IMG/VR virus record: IMGVR_UViG_3300047316_000072
Location: 5,983 to 69,982 of that record
Strand: one strand, 5' to 3'
From: a virus
Length of the DNA: 64,000 bases
This document shows positions 9,416 through 18,636 of this stretch, in pieces; position 1 is the first letter of the stretch; the number at the start of each line of letters is the position of its first letter. The notes beneath the pieces were generated by a model. The model saw only the letters and a list, made by a program, of their open reading frames with translations. It made no database searches and was not told where the DNA came from. The translations under genes were made by a program, and so were the position numbers.

Positions 9416-9787
9416 ATGTCAGATACGAATCCTACCGTCTCCGAAGCCGAAGTACAGGCGATCCAGGAGAAGGCGGCTGCCGAGATGGCTGCAAAGGCGG
9501 CTGCTGCTCAGGCGGCTGCTGTGACGGCAACGGAGGGAGGCTCCAAGGACGGAGCGAAGATCCTCCTGAAGAACGGCCAGTCGCGGATTGACTACATCCG
9601 CGGTCGCTGGCGGCAGGGCATCAGCCGTGGGCAGATCACGAAGGAAGTGAACATGCTCAAGGTGGATGGCTCGAAGGACGTGCCTTACCAGATCATCTTC
9701 TCCGCCACCAAGGATGTTCCTGGTGGTCCTGCGAAGCCGGTTTCTGCAGAGCAGCCTGTCCCTACTGAGCAGGCGGCTGCTGAGTAA
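9416..9787 (+). CDS. HTH protein, remote paralog of the 60.8-62.4 kb HTH genes
   Basis: SRIDYIRGRWRQGISRGQITKEVN...PYQII aligns with SAKIRYLAGKGMSRADIARTLNIRYQWV; GAGG SD. Confidence 0.65.
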   Translation: MSDTNPTVSEAEVQAIQEKAAAEMAAKAAAAQAAAVTATEGGSKDGAKILLKNGQSRIDYIRGRWRQGISRGQITKEVNMLKVDGSKDVPYQIIFSATKDVPGGPAKPVSAEQPVPTEQAAAE

Positions 9788-9802
9788 TATCGACACCTAA
9801 CG

Positions 9803-10333
9803 GTGATCAGCTTCGCTGAGCTGCACCAGAACCGTATGGAGCGTCTCTCAATACGGGACGCTCCAGCGGTTCTCTTGTGTCTTGATCCTGGACAGACTAC
9901 AGGCTGTTGTGTCTTCAAACATACCCAGCTAGTACATACAAGTCACCTGCCAACCGGTGACCCTAACATAGCGCAGAAATCTCTCCAGCGCGTGCTTGAA
10001 GCCTTCCTCCCTACTGAGGTAGTGATGGAGGACTATAGAGTTTACGCCCATCGAGTCCAGCAACACATGGGATCGGCCCTCCTAACGCCCCGTCTGATAG
10101 GAGCGATTGAGAACATGTGCATCACCATCGGCATCCCATATCACAAGCAGATGGCTGGTGAGGCCAAACAGTTTGTCACCGATGTCAAGTTGAAAAGCTG
10201 GGGTATGTATCCAGCAGGACTAAAGCACGCTCGTGATGCTATCCGGCATGGATGTTACTACATCATCTTCCCGCCGAAGGTAATGTACAGCCAGCGGCTG
10301 ACCTACGAATCCAAAGGACGACATGTAGGATAA
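9803..10333 (+). CDS. RuvC-like Holliday junction resolvase
   Basis: LCLDPGQTTG, VVMEDY, HARDAIRHG RNase H-fold motifs. Confidence 0.75.
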   Translation: MISFAELHQNRMERLSIRDAPAVLLCLDPGQTTGCCVFKHTQLVHTSHLPTGDPNIAQKSLQRVLEAFLPTEVVMEDYRVYAHRVQQHMGSALLTPRLIGAIENMCITIGIPYHKQMAGEAKQFVTDVKLKSWGMYPAGLKHARDAIRHGCYYIIFPPKVMYSQRLTYESKGRHVG

Positions 10334-10343
10334 GGCAACAACA

Positions 10344-10928
10344 ATGACGCGCAAGCTCGAAGGGACGTTCATTGGCTTCTGCGGTGCAGGAGGTACTGGA
10401 AAGACCACCACGGCTACCCTCCTAGCAAAGCGACTGAAGTACGGCTTCTTACCGAGCGCCTCGCGTGACGTGTTTAAGAACATGGGGTTTCAACGGGAGA
10501 CCGATCAGGACAAACTATCATCCCTAGAGAGGTGGATCCTACAACGTAACATCCAGGTAGCCCACATTACCCAGATGTCCGACTCCTTTGAGCGGCCTAT
10601 GATCACAGATCGGACCCAGATCGACCAACATGCTTATGCCCTTCAGTATTGCTCCTCTGCTCTGTCCGCCGAGGACCTGAAGTGGCTAGCTAACCTGGTG
10701 GATCGGGCCTTACAGTTCTACAAGGTCATCTTCTACTTCCCGCTACACACCTTCCTGTCGCACGACGATGGAATGAGGACCTCGAGACTTGCCGAGCGGC
10801 TAACGTTTGACTTTATCCTACGTGGCCTGTTGCAGTACTTCGAAGTCCCTACTACCTATGTCCCCATCATGTCCCCGGAGGACCGTTGTAAGCACATCGA
10901 AAGCCACGTAAAGAACTGGATCTCCTGA
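10344..10928 (+). CDS. P-loop nucleotide kinase-like protein (AAA_28/dNMP kinase-like)
   Basis: IGFCGAGGTGKTT, ITDRTQID..AY, DDGMR. Confidence 0.75.
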   Translation: MTRKLEGTFIGFCGAGGTGKTTTATLLAKRLKYGFLPSASRDVFKNMGFQRETDQDKLSSLERWILQRNIQVAHITQMSDSFERPMITDRTQIDQHAYALQYCSSALSAEDLKWLANLVDRALQFYKVIFYFPLHTFLSHDDGMRTSRLAERLTFDFILRGLLQYFEVPTTYVPIMSPEDRCKHIESHVKNWIS

Positions 10929-10992
10929 GTGCTCCACACCTGTCTTCTTGGCCCCGTAACACGGGTTCACTGTTCCCAAAGAATTTTTTGTG

Positions 10993-11040
10993 CGACCATC
11001 ATTTTGACTCTAGATTACCTAAAGAACCTTATGATATAAT
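10993..11040 (+). promoter_or_regulatory. phage promoter family member
   Basis: CGACCATCATTTTGACTC-TAGATT-N18-TATAAT. Confidence 0.8.
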
Positions 11041-11079
11041 ATGGTATAATAGCGAAGCGACCAACAAGAGGAGACAATC

Positions 11080-11316
11080 ATGGAGCCGGGCAGAAAGGAA
11101 TTTAGCGTGTGCCAGTTCTTCGAGGATGGCAGCTACGAGTACATCATCAGGTTCACCGACGCAAAGGTTGCAATGAACAAGGCTGTCGACTATACTACTA
11201 ACGTTGCAGCTAAGGTCGGGATCACCAAGCGGGTCATCATCACTGACGGTGGTGACTGCATTTGCTTTGAATGGAAGCACGGCGAGGGGGTTACATTCCC
11301 TCAGGAGGCAGCTTAA
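11080..11316 (+). CDS. hypothetical protein
   Basis: GAGGAG SD after the promoter. Confidence 0.75.
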   Translation: MEPGRKEFSVCQFFEDGSYEYIIRFTDAKVAMNKAVDYTTNVAAKVGITKRVIITDGGDCICFEWKHGEGVTFPQEAA

Positions 11317-11318
11317 CA

Positions 11319-12614
11319 ATGCTCAAGTACGGATGCCCATTCTGCGGGGAGATCGCAGGTCTAAAGTCTACATCCACCTACGTACAGTGTAGGAGATGTG
11401 GGGCTGTAGGTCCTTACATCACAGCGTCCACAGAACCCGTTGAGATGTGGAACCAAAGGAAGGCACTAGACGACATCCTGATTAGGATGTCAAGGGATGA
11501 ACTGCTAGCAGCCCAAGGTGCATACAGGAGAGTGGATGGTCTGGTAGAGGGAGCCAAGAGAACTGAATTCTGTATCGTTGTTCCTTGCACAGCTCTGAAG
11601 ACAGAGTTGCCTAACCTAGAGGTAACCCTCTCTGCAATGAAGCCGCTACCGCAGGACGACCTGCAGAAGGAATGGCTCACTCGTATCTCAGATGAGCCTG
11701 CCAGAGTGTCAGCACGTAATATGTACTCAGGGCGATCAGTCAGGATCCTAGCTCCACTGGCGATGTCTAACGATGCCGAGATGTATATCGTCTCGACAGG
11801 CGTAGGGCTAACGCCAGCAGATCAACCCATTCCTGCATACGACCTCACACTGCATCGGGATGATGACTCAAGCCTCTACAGGAAGATTATTGGTCCAATC
11901 AACCCACGTAAGTGGTGGAAGGGAATGCAAGAGTCTCCGTTCAACCTTCCTCTGAGCAAGATTGTTCAGGACGAGAAAGGCATTATTGTCCTAGCGCTGA
12001 CAGACGATTTCGTGGACATGCTGTATGACGATCTGCTAGAGATCAGCCTAATGGGTCCAGAGGTAACGAACAGACTGAGGATCTTTACCATTGGGCTGCT
12101 CCCTGAAGGTCTGCAAAAGTGTATCCTCCCTTACACAGAGACAGGCACTAAGAACCTTCTCAGATCAGGATCTCGTCTGGACTTCCTGTATCGGATAGCC
12201 TACCACTATATCTCCAACAGGCTGCTACACAGTGAAGTAGATCCTCAGGATCTGGAAAGTTGCGTTGCTTGGGTTAAGGCGATAACTCCCGGCGATTCAC
12301 CTGACTCCCCCACACAAATGACACCAGGAGTCAGGAGAGGGCCAGGAAGGCCTCCAGGTAGCGGACGGAAGCTTCCTCAGTACGCAGACCCCGAAGGAAG
12401 GGAAGAGGGGGAAATGGGGATCAGAAACTACCCCTCTGGAGCAGGAAGACCTCTAGTCTTTGGTGACGATCAAATCCTGAACATGATCAAGGAAAAGGGC
12501 CTTGCTCGGGTAGCAGTTGTCACAGGTCTGCACTCGCTCAGAGAGCAGGGTATCTCGTGCTCCAATGCTAGGTACACCAGGCTTGTTGATATTGCCAGGA
12601 GAGACTTCAACTGA
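11319..12614 (+). CDS. Lar-like Zn finger fused to a DUF6884/YaaA-like domain
   Basis: CPFCG...VQCRRCGAVGP...WNQR; IVVPCTALK..ARNMYSG..YIVSTGVGL..IPAYDLTL. Confidence 0.65.
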   Translation: MLKYGCPFCGEIAGLKSTSTYVQCRRCGAVGPYITASTEPVEMWNQRKALDDILIRMSRDELLAAQGAYRRVDGLVEGAKRTEFCIVVPCTALKTELPNLEVTLSAMKPLPQDDLQKEWLTRISDEPARVSARNMYSGRSVRILAPLAMSNDAEMYIVSTGVGLTPADQPIPAYDLTLHRDDDSSLYRKIIGPINPRKWWKGMQESPFNLPLSKIVQDEKGIIVLALTDDFVDMLYDDLLEISLMGPEVTNRLRIFTIGLLPEGLQKCILPYTETGTKNLLRSGSRLDFLYRIAYHYISNRLLHSEVDPQDLESCVAWVKAITPGDSPDSPTQMTPGVRRGPGRPPGSGRKLPQYADPEGREEGEMGIRNYPSGAGRPLVFGDDQILNMIKEKGLARVAVVTGLHSLREQGISCSNARYTRLVDIARRDFN

Positions 12615-12886
12615 TGAGGTGCCGCAACGGACACTTGCTGACAGAGAAGAACACAACACTCGTCACTCATACCCAATCAGGTAGAACGTGGAAGCGGTGT
12701 TTGATCTGTCATAGCATCCGCCAACAGAAGGTGAGGGACACCCATGGAGATGGATTACTACGACCCGGAGGAGCCAGAGTGGGAAACGTGCAAGCGCCAG
12801 TTAACTCCGATGTGCGAGCAGCTGGTAGACCCCAGACGGTGGGCTCTTGGGATTCATTGGTGTCTGAGTTGCGCAGACGGTCGTAA
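12614..12886 (+). CDS. Zn-ribbon protein (CxxGH...RCxxC)
   Basis: CRNGHLLTEKNT...KRCLICH, a motif seen in phage HNH-associated domains. Confidence 0.6.
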   Translation: MRCRNGHLLTEKNTTLVTHTQSGRTWKRCLICHSIRQQKVRDTHGDGLLRPGGARVGNVQAPVNSDVRAAGRPQTVGSWDSLVSELRRRS

Positions 12887-12983
12887 GTACTACCCAAGCA
12901 TGCAAATGCACAAATCGAACGCCGTACTGATCACAAGTAAAGCTCAGGCGAAGTACACTGGGTCAAAGACACCAAGGGAGTGA
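12744..12983 (+). CDS. DksA/TraR-like C4 Zn-finger protein
   Basis: C..C.QLVDPRRWALGIHWCLSC...MHKSN; GAGGG SD. Confidence 0.6.
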   Translation: MEMDYYDPEEPEWETCKRQLTPMCEQLVDPRRWALGIHWCLSCADGRKYYPSMQMHKSNAVLITSKAQAKYTGSKTPRE

Positions 12984-12989
12984 CAGCCG

Positions 12990-13241
12990 ATGATAAGAGC
13001 AATGGCTAAAGGTCCCGATGGCAGACAGATTCTTGTCATAGGGCTCAGCTTCGACAACCTTGACAAGCTCCGCAAGCATCCGCGCGACTCCTTCATTCGG
13101 ATCAACGGTAAAAATACTGGAGGCCTGTCGATCGACGTTATGATCTTCTCGGTGGAGACCGAGGCACACGGCGCTGAGATGATGGCAGAGTTCCTAGGCC
13201 CAGACTCTGAGGTCTACGTCAGTGATAAGCTCAAGTCGTGA
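12990..13241 (+). CDS. hypothetical protein
   Basis: GGGAG SD, 83 aa. Confidence 0.7.
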   Translation: MIRAMAKGPDGRQILVIGLSFDNLDKLRKHPRDSFIRINGKNTGGLSIDVMIFSVETEAHGAEMMAEFLGPDSEVYVSDKLKS

Positions 13242-13741
13242 TCAAGAAGCCTCCCCGTAAAAACTCTAAGGCCGACCTGCGAAAGCGGACGTACACCAGC
13301 TGGAACAACATGTTGCAGCGGTGCTACAACCCTAAGCATGTCAGCTACTCAGAGTACGGCGGGCGTGGGATCATTGTGTACGCTCTATGGCGTCCTGACT
13401 TCTATACCGCTCTACCTATAGAACAGCGGAGGAAAGCAGCATATGCAGCATTTCTTAACCGCGTCGGCGTTAAGCCAACTTGGCGCCACACTCTTGATCG
13501 CATCAGCGCTCATGAACATTATGTCCCTAGCAACGTTAAGTGGTCGACTCCGGCTGAGCAAGGTATCCACAAGCGCAATACTCACTTTGTCAAGCATCCT
13601 CGCACTGGCGAGCGCATATGTGCTAGTCTGCTTGCTCAAGAACTGAAGATGACTTACCAGAGACTACGTGCCAGGATGATGAAGGATGGCTCCTGGTATG
13701 TACTTAGTTTTGAATCCGTCCCTAAGGAGCACACAGAATGA
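13238..13741 (+). CDS. HNH-type homing endonuclease-like protein
   Basis: YTSWNNMLQRCYNP...YGGRGI...TLDRI..Y.PSNVKWST..EQ. Confidence 0.8.
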   Translation: MIKKPPRKNSKADLRKRTYTSWNNMLQRCYNPKHVSYSEYGGRGIIVYALWRPDFYTALPIEQRRKAAYAAFLNRVGVKPTWRHTLDRISAHEHYVPSNVKWSTPAEQGIHKRNTHFVKHPRTGERICASLLAQELKMTYQRLRARMMKDGSWYVLSFESVPKEHTE

Positions 13742-14673
13742 CAACTGAGACAACAAAACCCTTTCGTCCCATGCTAGCGTTTGATGCCGATGAATCCTAC
13801 TACGCCGAGAGACTGGAGCTCACTGGAAAAGCTCTGTGGGTATCAGGCAAGATGGATGGCATCAGAGCCATAGTCAAAGATGGCAAACTGCTGTCCAGAA
13901 CAATGAAGCCAATCAGGAACAAGTACACTCAGGAGCTGTTTGGTAACCCGCTATACGAAGGTCTGGATGGCGAACTGGTAGTAGGAGAGCCAAGCGGATT
14001 AAACGTGTTCGCAAGGACATCCTCAGGGGTAATGTCAGCCGACGGAACTCCAGACGTTAGGTTCTATACGTTCGATGACATCACATCCGCAGATCGGTTT
14101 GTAGAACGCCAAAGGAAGCTCCACACTAGACGGATCTACGACTTCCCAGCAGGGGCAGGCAACCGTATTGAAATCGTCCAGCAATGTATCATCACCACCC
14201 CTGAAGAGCTCATGAGGGCTGAAGGGGCATTCGTGACTCTGGGATATGAGGGAGTCATCATTCGAGATCCGCACGCACCCTATAAACAAGGGAGGAGTAC
14301 CCCAAAGGAAGGCTACATGGGGAAGTTGAAGCGCTTTGCCGACTCTGAAGCTATCATCCAAGGCTTTGAGGAGTTGATGCACAATGACAATCCCGCCACT
14401 CGAGACGCCAGAGGGTTTACCGTCAGAAGCTCACACCTTGCTGGTCAACGTCCTGCAGGAATGCTTGGCACTCTGCGAGTACAAGATGCCACCAATGAAG
14501 CCTGGGTTTTTGGAATTGGGAGTGGATTTGACCATGAGCTCAGGCAAAAGATATGGGCTAACCGTGAAGCTTATACCGGAAAAATCGTTCGGTATAAGTA
14601 TCTTCCGGTTGGCACAATAGATGCTCCAAGACACCCAATCTTCAGTGGGTTCAGGGATGCGGATGATATGTAA
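13738..14673 (+). CDS. ATP-dependent DNA ligase
   Basis: KMDGIR, LDGEL, YEGVIIR, KLKRFADSEA, OB-fold GSGF. Confidence 0.95.
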   Translation: MTTETTKPFRPMLAFDADESYYAERLELTGKALWVSGKMDGIRAIVKDGKLLSRTMKPIRNKYTQELFGNPLYEGLDGELVVGEPSGLNVFARTSSGVMSADGTPDVRFYTFDDITSADRFVERQRKLHTRRIYDFPAGAGNRIEIVQQCIITTPEELMRAEGAFVTLGYEGVIIRDPHAPYKQGRSTPKEGYMGKLKRFADSEAIIQGFEELMHNDNPATRDARGFTVRSSHLAGQRPAGMLGTLRVQDATNEAWVFGIGSGFDHELRQKIWANREAYTGKIVRYKYLPVGTIDAPRHPIFSGFRDADDM

Positions 14674-16056
14674 ATGATGCAAACTCCATGGCCATCACAA
14701 ACCGAGGCAGCTGAATGGGCTGTTAAGGTCGCGAAGGGGCGCGCGATCATTGCCGACGAGATGGGACTAGGTAAGACAGGGGAAGTCTACCTCTCGTGGC
14801 GTGCACTCGACTGCCCAACTCCTTGCATCATCATAGCAGGTGTCAATGCCCAAGTTGCGTGGATCAGACAAGCTCATGATTGGGGTGTCCCTGCTCCTAT
14901 TCGCATATACGGTACCGCAGCTCAACGTAGACAGCTCTGGATCAATCACGGAACTAACTTCGTCATCATCACCCGTGAGAGCCTTCGAAACGACATTGCT
15001 AGCGGCTGGTGCAATCCTACCTTATACCGTTGCGTCATTAGCGACGAGGCTCATAAGGACTCTAACAGAAAGACCAAGAACTTCCGTCAGCTCAAGGCGT
15101 TCACACGAGGTGCCCACTATATCTTCCTTGCAACCGGGAGTGGGATGCGAAAAGGCCCTCCAGGGCTTTGGGGGCTGCTCAACTGTATCACCCCTTCCAA
15201 GTATAGCTCCTACTGGAGGTTTGTAGAACAGTACTGCATTGTGGATAAGGAGGGTATCTTTGGCTGGGAGATCATTGGGACTAAGGACGAACAACTCTTT
15301 AAGAGCGACATGCATAATGTTATGATTGCCCGTACCAAGAAAGACGTTAGACCTCAGATGCCCCAAAAAATACGGGACCTGAACAGTAATGTACTCCAAC
15401 TTCAGCCAGCACAGCTCAAGTTGTACAACAAAATCGCCACTGACATGATGGTAGCTCTTCCGACCCAAGGAATCCTCACAGCGCAGAATGTGCTCACTCA
15501 GCTCTTACGTCTGAGGCAGATCCTTGTAACCCCTAAGATACTGGATCCTGATCTTGAGTACGGTTCGGCGATTGAAAGGCTTATCGAACTCCTCGACGAT
15601 TCCTCGGACCAGCACATGGTTGTCTTCTCTCCATTCACTGCGGCCCTGCCTCATATACGCAGCCGCCTCGTGCAGGGAGGATTTGATCCTAGAACTATCA
15701 TACAGCTCTCCGGCGGATTGTCCTTTACGGAGCTCATGCAACGAGTTACTCACTTCCGGGAAGTACGTGGAATCGCTTTATGTAGCATCCGATATGCTGA
15801 GTCGTTCGATCTCACGCCAGCCACTTGGGGAGTCTTCCTGGGTTACGAATGGGATGCATGGGACAACCTGCAGGCTGAAGATCGACTACATCGGGGTGAG
15901 ATTACTGATCCCATAAACATCTACTACCTACGTCACAACGGCGGAGTAGACTCTGAGCTGATGATCCCAGCTCTAGACACCAAGGTCAACAATGCAATGT
16001 CTTTCCTGACTGACATCGACAAAGTGCGTAAGGCGCTACAAGCCGCCAAAGGATAA
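14674..16056 (+). CDS. SNF2-family helicase
   Basis: ADEMGLGKT, DEAH, QAEDRLHRG. Confidence 0.9.
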   Translation: MMQTPWPSQTEAAEWAVKVAKGRAIIADEMGLGKTGEVYLSWRALDCPTPCIIIAGVNAQVAWIRQAHDWGVPAPIRIYGTAAQRRQLWINHGTNFVIITRESLRNDIASGWCNPTLYRCVISDEAHKDSNRKTKNFRQLKAFTRGAHYIFLATGSGMRKGPPGLWGLLNCITPSKYSSYWRFVEQYCIVDKEGIFGWEIIGTKDEQLFKSDMHNVMIARTKKDVRPQMPQKIRDLNSNVLQLQPAQLKLYNKIATDMMVALPTQGILTAQNVLTQLLRLRQILVTPKILDPDLEYGSAIERLIELLDDSSDQHMVVFSPFTAALPHIRSRLVQGGFDPRTIIQLSGGLSFTELMQRVTHFREVRGIALCSIRYAESFDLTPATWGVFLGYEWDAWDNLQAEDRLHRGEITDPINIYYLRHNGGVDSELMIPALDTKVNNAMSFLTDIDKVRKALQAAKG

Positions 16057-16057
16057 C

Positions 16058-16129
16058 GGCGTGGCAGGTTCGCGAGCCTAGGTCTTACAGCCAGACGGCT
16101 CGCCGGTTCGATTCCGGCACACGCCCCCA
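16058..16129 (+). ncRNA. tRNA-like element (non-canonical or pseudo-tRNA)
   Basis: GGCGTG/CACGCC acceptor stem, perfect T-arm GCCGG-TTCGATT-CCGGC, encoded CCA; atypical D and anticodon arms. Confidence 0.55.
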
Positions 16130-16143
16130 AACTAGGAGGCCCA

Positions 16144-16233
16144 ATGTGGTACTGCATCTTAATCTGGACCATTCTTATCCTGATTGGCCTGACAAGCAGC
16201 ACATCTACTCCCCTCACAGATGATGAGCTGTAA
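16144..16233 (+). CDS. 29-aa membrane peptide
   Basis: AGGAGG SD; MWYCILIWTILILIGLTSSTSTPLTDDEL. Confidence 0.55.
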   Translation: MWYCILIWTILILIGLTSSTSTPLTDDEL

Positions 16234-16264
16234 ATGTGCTACCATTGCAAAATTATTTTATAGT

Positions 16265-16312
16265 CGACCATCATTTGGACACTTGATTCCCTTGTATGCC
16301 TTATGATATAAT
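16265..16312 (+). promoter_or_regulatory. phage promoter family member
   Basis: CGACCATCATTTGGACAC-TTGATT-N18-TATAAT. Confidence 0.8.
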
Positions 16313-16344
16313 GTTGCTATCAATGAGGGAACAGAAGGTATAAG

Positions 16345-17547
16345 ATGGACGACGTCCAGGACTTCCAGGAAACCTTCTCTGAGCCAGTTAAGGGACTAAG
16401 CTTCCCTGATAGAGTGGCCATTGTGCGGACTAGCGACCGCATGACCTTCAGGCGTTGCAGACGTAAGTTCAACTGGTGGTATGTCCATCGTAACAACCTG
16501 ACTAAGAAAGAGACGCCAGGGTACTTCTGGTTTGGAACGGGCTTCCACTTTGCCTTGGAAGATTATCATGGCTACCGTCGGTTCCCATCCCCGAGCGATG
16601 CCTTCATGGCTTTCACAGACGCTTGCAGACGTACTCCAGGATTCCCAATTCCACAGGACTACGATGAGCTAGTCGAGCTGGGCCAGGGAATGATGGCGTA
16701 TTACGAGGAGTGGCTAGAAACTAGGGACCCCCTAGTCACATTGGAGATTGACGGTGTCCCTCAGGTGGAGGTTAACTTCCAGATCCCAATTCCTATTGAT
16801 CCTGACCTGCTACGTAGTTGGGGTTACGACCGTGCTGTATACGTTGGTACGATTGATCGGGTGGTTATTGATGACCTTGGACAACTATGGCCAGGGGATT
16901 ACAAGACCGCCAAAATAATCCAAACGTCACACATTGATACTGACCCACAGATCTCAGCCTACTGCTGGGCTATGAGACACATTTACAACATGCCTGTCGG
17001 CGGCTTCTTCTACATGCAGTTCAAGAAGACCGTACCACATGAGCCAGCCTTCCTAAAGTCCACATCCTCCTTCAGTGTGGCCAAGAATCAGAATACTACG
17101 TACGCCTTATACCGTAAGGCTCTACAGAACGCATACGGCGATGTCAATCGAGCGCCGACGCCTAACATCCAGTACCTCAATTACCTGCAAAGTCAGGAGA
17201 CTGAAAAGGCCGACTCGCTGATCCGCTTTGACACGATCGAACGGAACCAGAACCAAATAGAAAGTGAGGGCCTAAAGATCCTCCAGGAGACACTGGAGAT
17301 GCTGAATCCGGACCTGCCGCTATACCCGAATCCTACCAGGGACTGCTCCTGGGATTGCGGGTTCCGTGAAGCTTGCATAGGCATGGATAGCGGCCTTGAC
17401 TGGGAACATGAGCTTGAGCTCACCACAGTAGACAGAGAAGAGGAAGTCACGTCATGGCGTCAGAGAGTACGTTACCCGGAGACGGCGCACCACCTGCCGC
17501 GTCTTCGACAGATCAGGCCAAAGCGCAGAATCCAATTCCGGCCTTGA
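16345..17547 (+). CDS. PD-(D/E)XK Cas4/RecB-like exonuclease
   Basis: FRRCRRK, GTGFHFALE, GTIDRV, DYKT, QISAY, CSWDCGFREAC. Confidence 0.85.
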   Translation: MDDVQDFQETFSEPVKGLSFPDRVAIVRTSDRMTFRRCRRKFNWWYVHRNNLTKKETPGYFWFGTGFHFALEDYHGYRRFPSPSDAFMAFTDACRRTPGFPIPQDYDELVELGQGMMAYYEEWLETRDPLVTLEIDGVPQVEVNFQIPIPIDPDLLRSWGYDRAVYVGTIDRVVIDDLGQLWPGDYKTAKIIQTSHIDTDPQISAYCWAMRHIYNMPVGGFFYMQFKKTVPHEPAFLKSTSSFSVAKNQNTTYALYRKALQNAYGDVNRAPTPNIQYLNYLQSQETEKADSLIRFDTIERNQNQIESEGLKILQETLEMLNPDLPLYPNPTRDCSWDCGFREACIGMDSGLDWEHELELTTVDREEEVTSWRQRVRYPETAHHLPRLRQIRPKRRIQFRP

Positions 17548-18584
17548 TGCCCGGAGCGAACATCAAAGCTGCAGGAGGCCAACCTGTGTCCACTAGCGCT
17601 CCAGCAAGTAGCGGACAAGTCAACAGACCTACTAATGTTTCTGGTACTGCTACTGGTACTAATACTCCTACTACGGCAACAATAACACAACCAGCAGGGA
17701 CTCCACAACGCCCAGCATTCATCATCCCCACCAGGCGGCCACTACTGCCGTACATCAAGGGGTTGTTCTACGGTGAGTATGGTGCGGGGAAGACTTACCT
17801 CTGTGGCACATCAGTCTCAGTACCCGAGATGAATGACGTGCTGATGATCAGCGCTGAAGGAGGTGATCTGACTCTACACGATCCAGAAGGGATCCACGAC
17901 TTCACGAAGATTGACGTTGTGAAGGCTACGGACTACAAGACAGTTGCTCGCATCTACGATTACCTGAAGGCTCATTGTGCTATAAGGGACGACGCAAGCG
18001 ACGAAGCCCAGCTGCGCTTGAAGCGGCTGCAGAAGATCGTCATGCCTGATATGGAGGACTCGGACAAAGTACGACACTACAGAACGGTGATCATCGACTC
18101 TCTGACAGAGACAGAGATCTACTGCATGAACCAACTGACAGGAGTAACCAACGACACTCGGATGGACGAGGAGGTAACGCCAGCTGAGTGGGCTCAGTAT
18201 CGTCAACAGCACGTGATGATCCAGAGGATGATCCGTAACTTCCGTGATCTGCCAATGCACATCTTGTTCACGGCGGCGCGCGGGTATGTACAAGACGAAC
18301 TGAAGCGCCAGCTGTTCAGTCCCATGATGACGGGAAAGCTTAGCTCCCAGATACAAGGCTTCATGGATGTGGTAGGCTACCTTGTTCTAGGGACAGCAGA
18401 AACGGACGACGCGCCTGCGCCGCGGAGACTGTACGTCCGTCCCTCCACTCGCTACGCAGCGAAGTGTAGGTTAACACCGTTCCGCGGTAACTACTTTGAC
18501 AACCCTACCATGCTCGATATCCTAACCAAGACGGGGCTGTTGAAGCAACCAACTACCTCAGCAGTGAGAGTTGCTGCTGAGTAA
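17454..18584 (+). CDS. AAA_24/Sak4-like recombinase ATPase
   Basis: FYGEYGAGKT, VIIDSLTE; lies between the exonuclease and SSB; start uncertain. Confidence 0.85.
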   Translation: MASESTLPGDGAPPAASSTDQAKAQNPIPALMPGANIKAAGGQPVSTSAPASSGQVNRPTNVSGTATGTNTPTTATITQPAGTPQRPAFIIPTRRPLLPYIKGLFYGEYGAGKTYLCGTSVSVPEMNDVLMISAEGGDLTLHDPEGIHDFTKIDVVKATDYKTVARIYDYLKAHCAIRDDASDEAQLRLKRLQKIVMPDMEDSDKVRHYRTVIIDSLTETEIYCMNQLTGVTNDTRMDEEVTPAEWAQYRQQHVMIQRMIRNFRDLPMHILFTAARGYVQDELKRQLFSPMMTGKLSSQIQGFMDVVGYLVLGTAETDDAPAPRRLYVRPSTRYAAKCRLTPFRGNYFDNPTMLDILTKTGLLKQPTTSAVRVAAE

Positions 18585-18636
18585 CTGTAACCTCTAAGGC
18601 TAGGCCTGAACGGCGCTAGCAAAGGAGCAACATACC

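Noticed and set aside
16058-16129. Canonical tRNA with an assignable anticodon
   Set aside because: No register gives both a good anticodon stem and U33/purine-37.
16345-17547. Cas4-like gene as evidence of CRISPR-Cas
   Set aside because: No array or other cas genes; it sits in the standard phage exonuclease-Sak4-SSB module.
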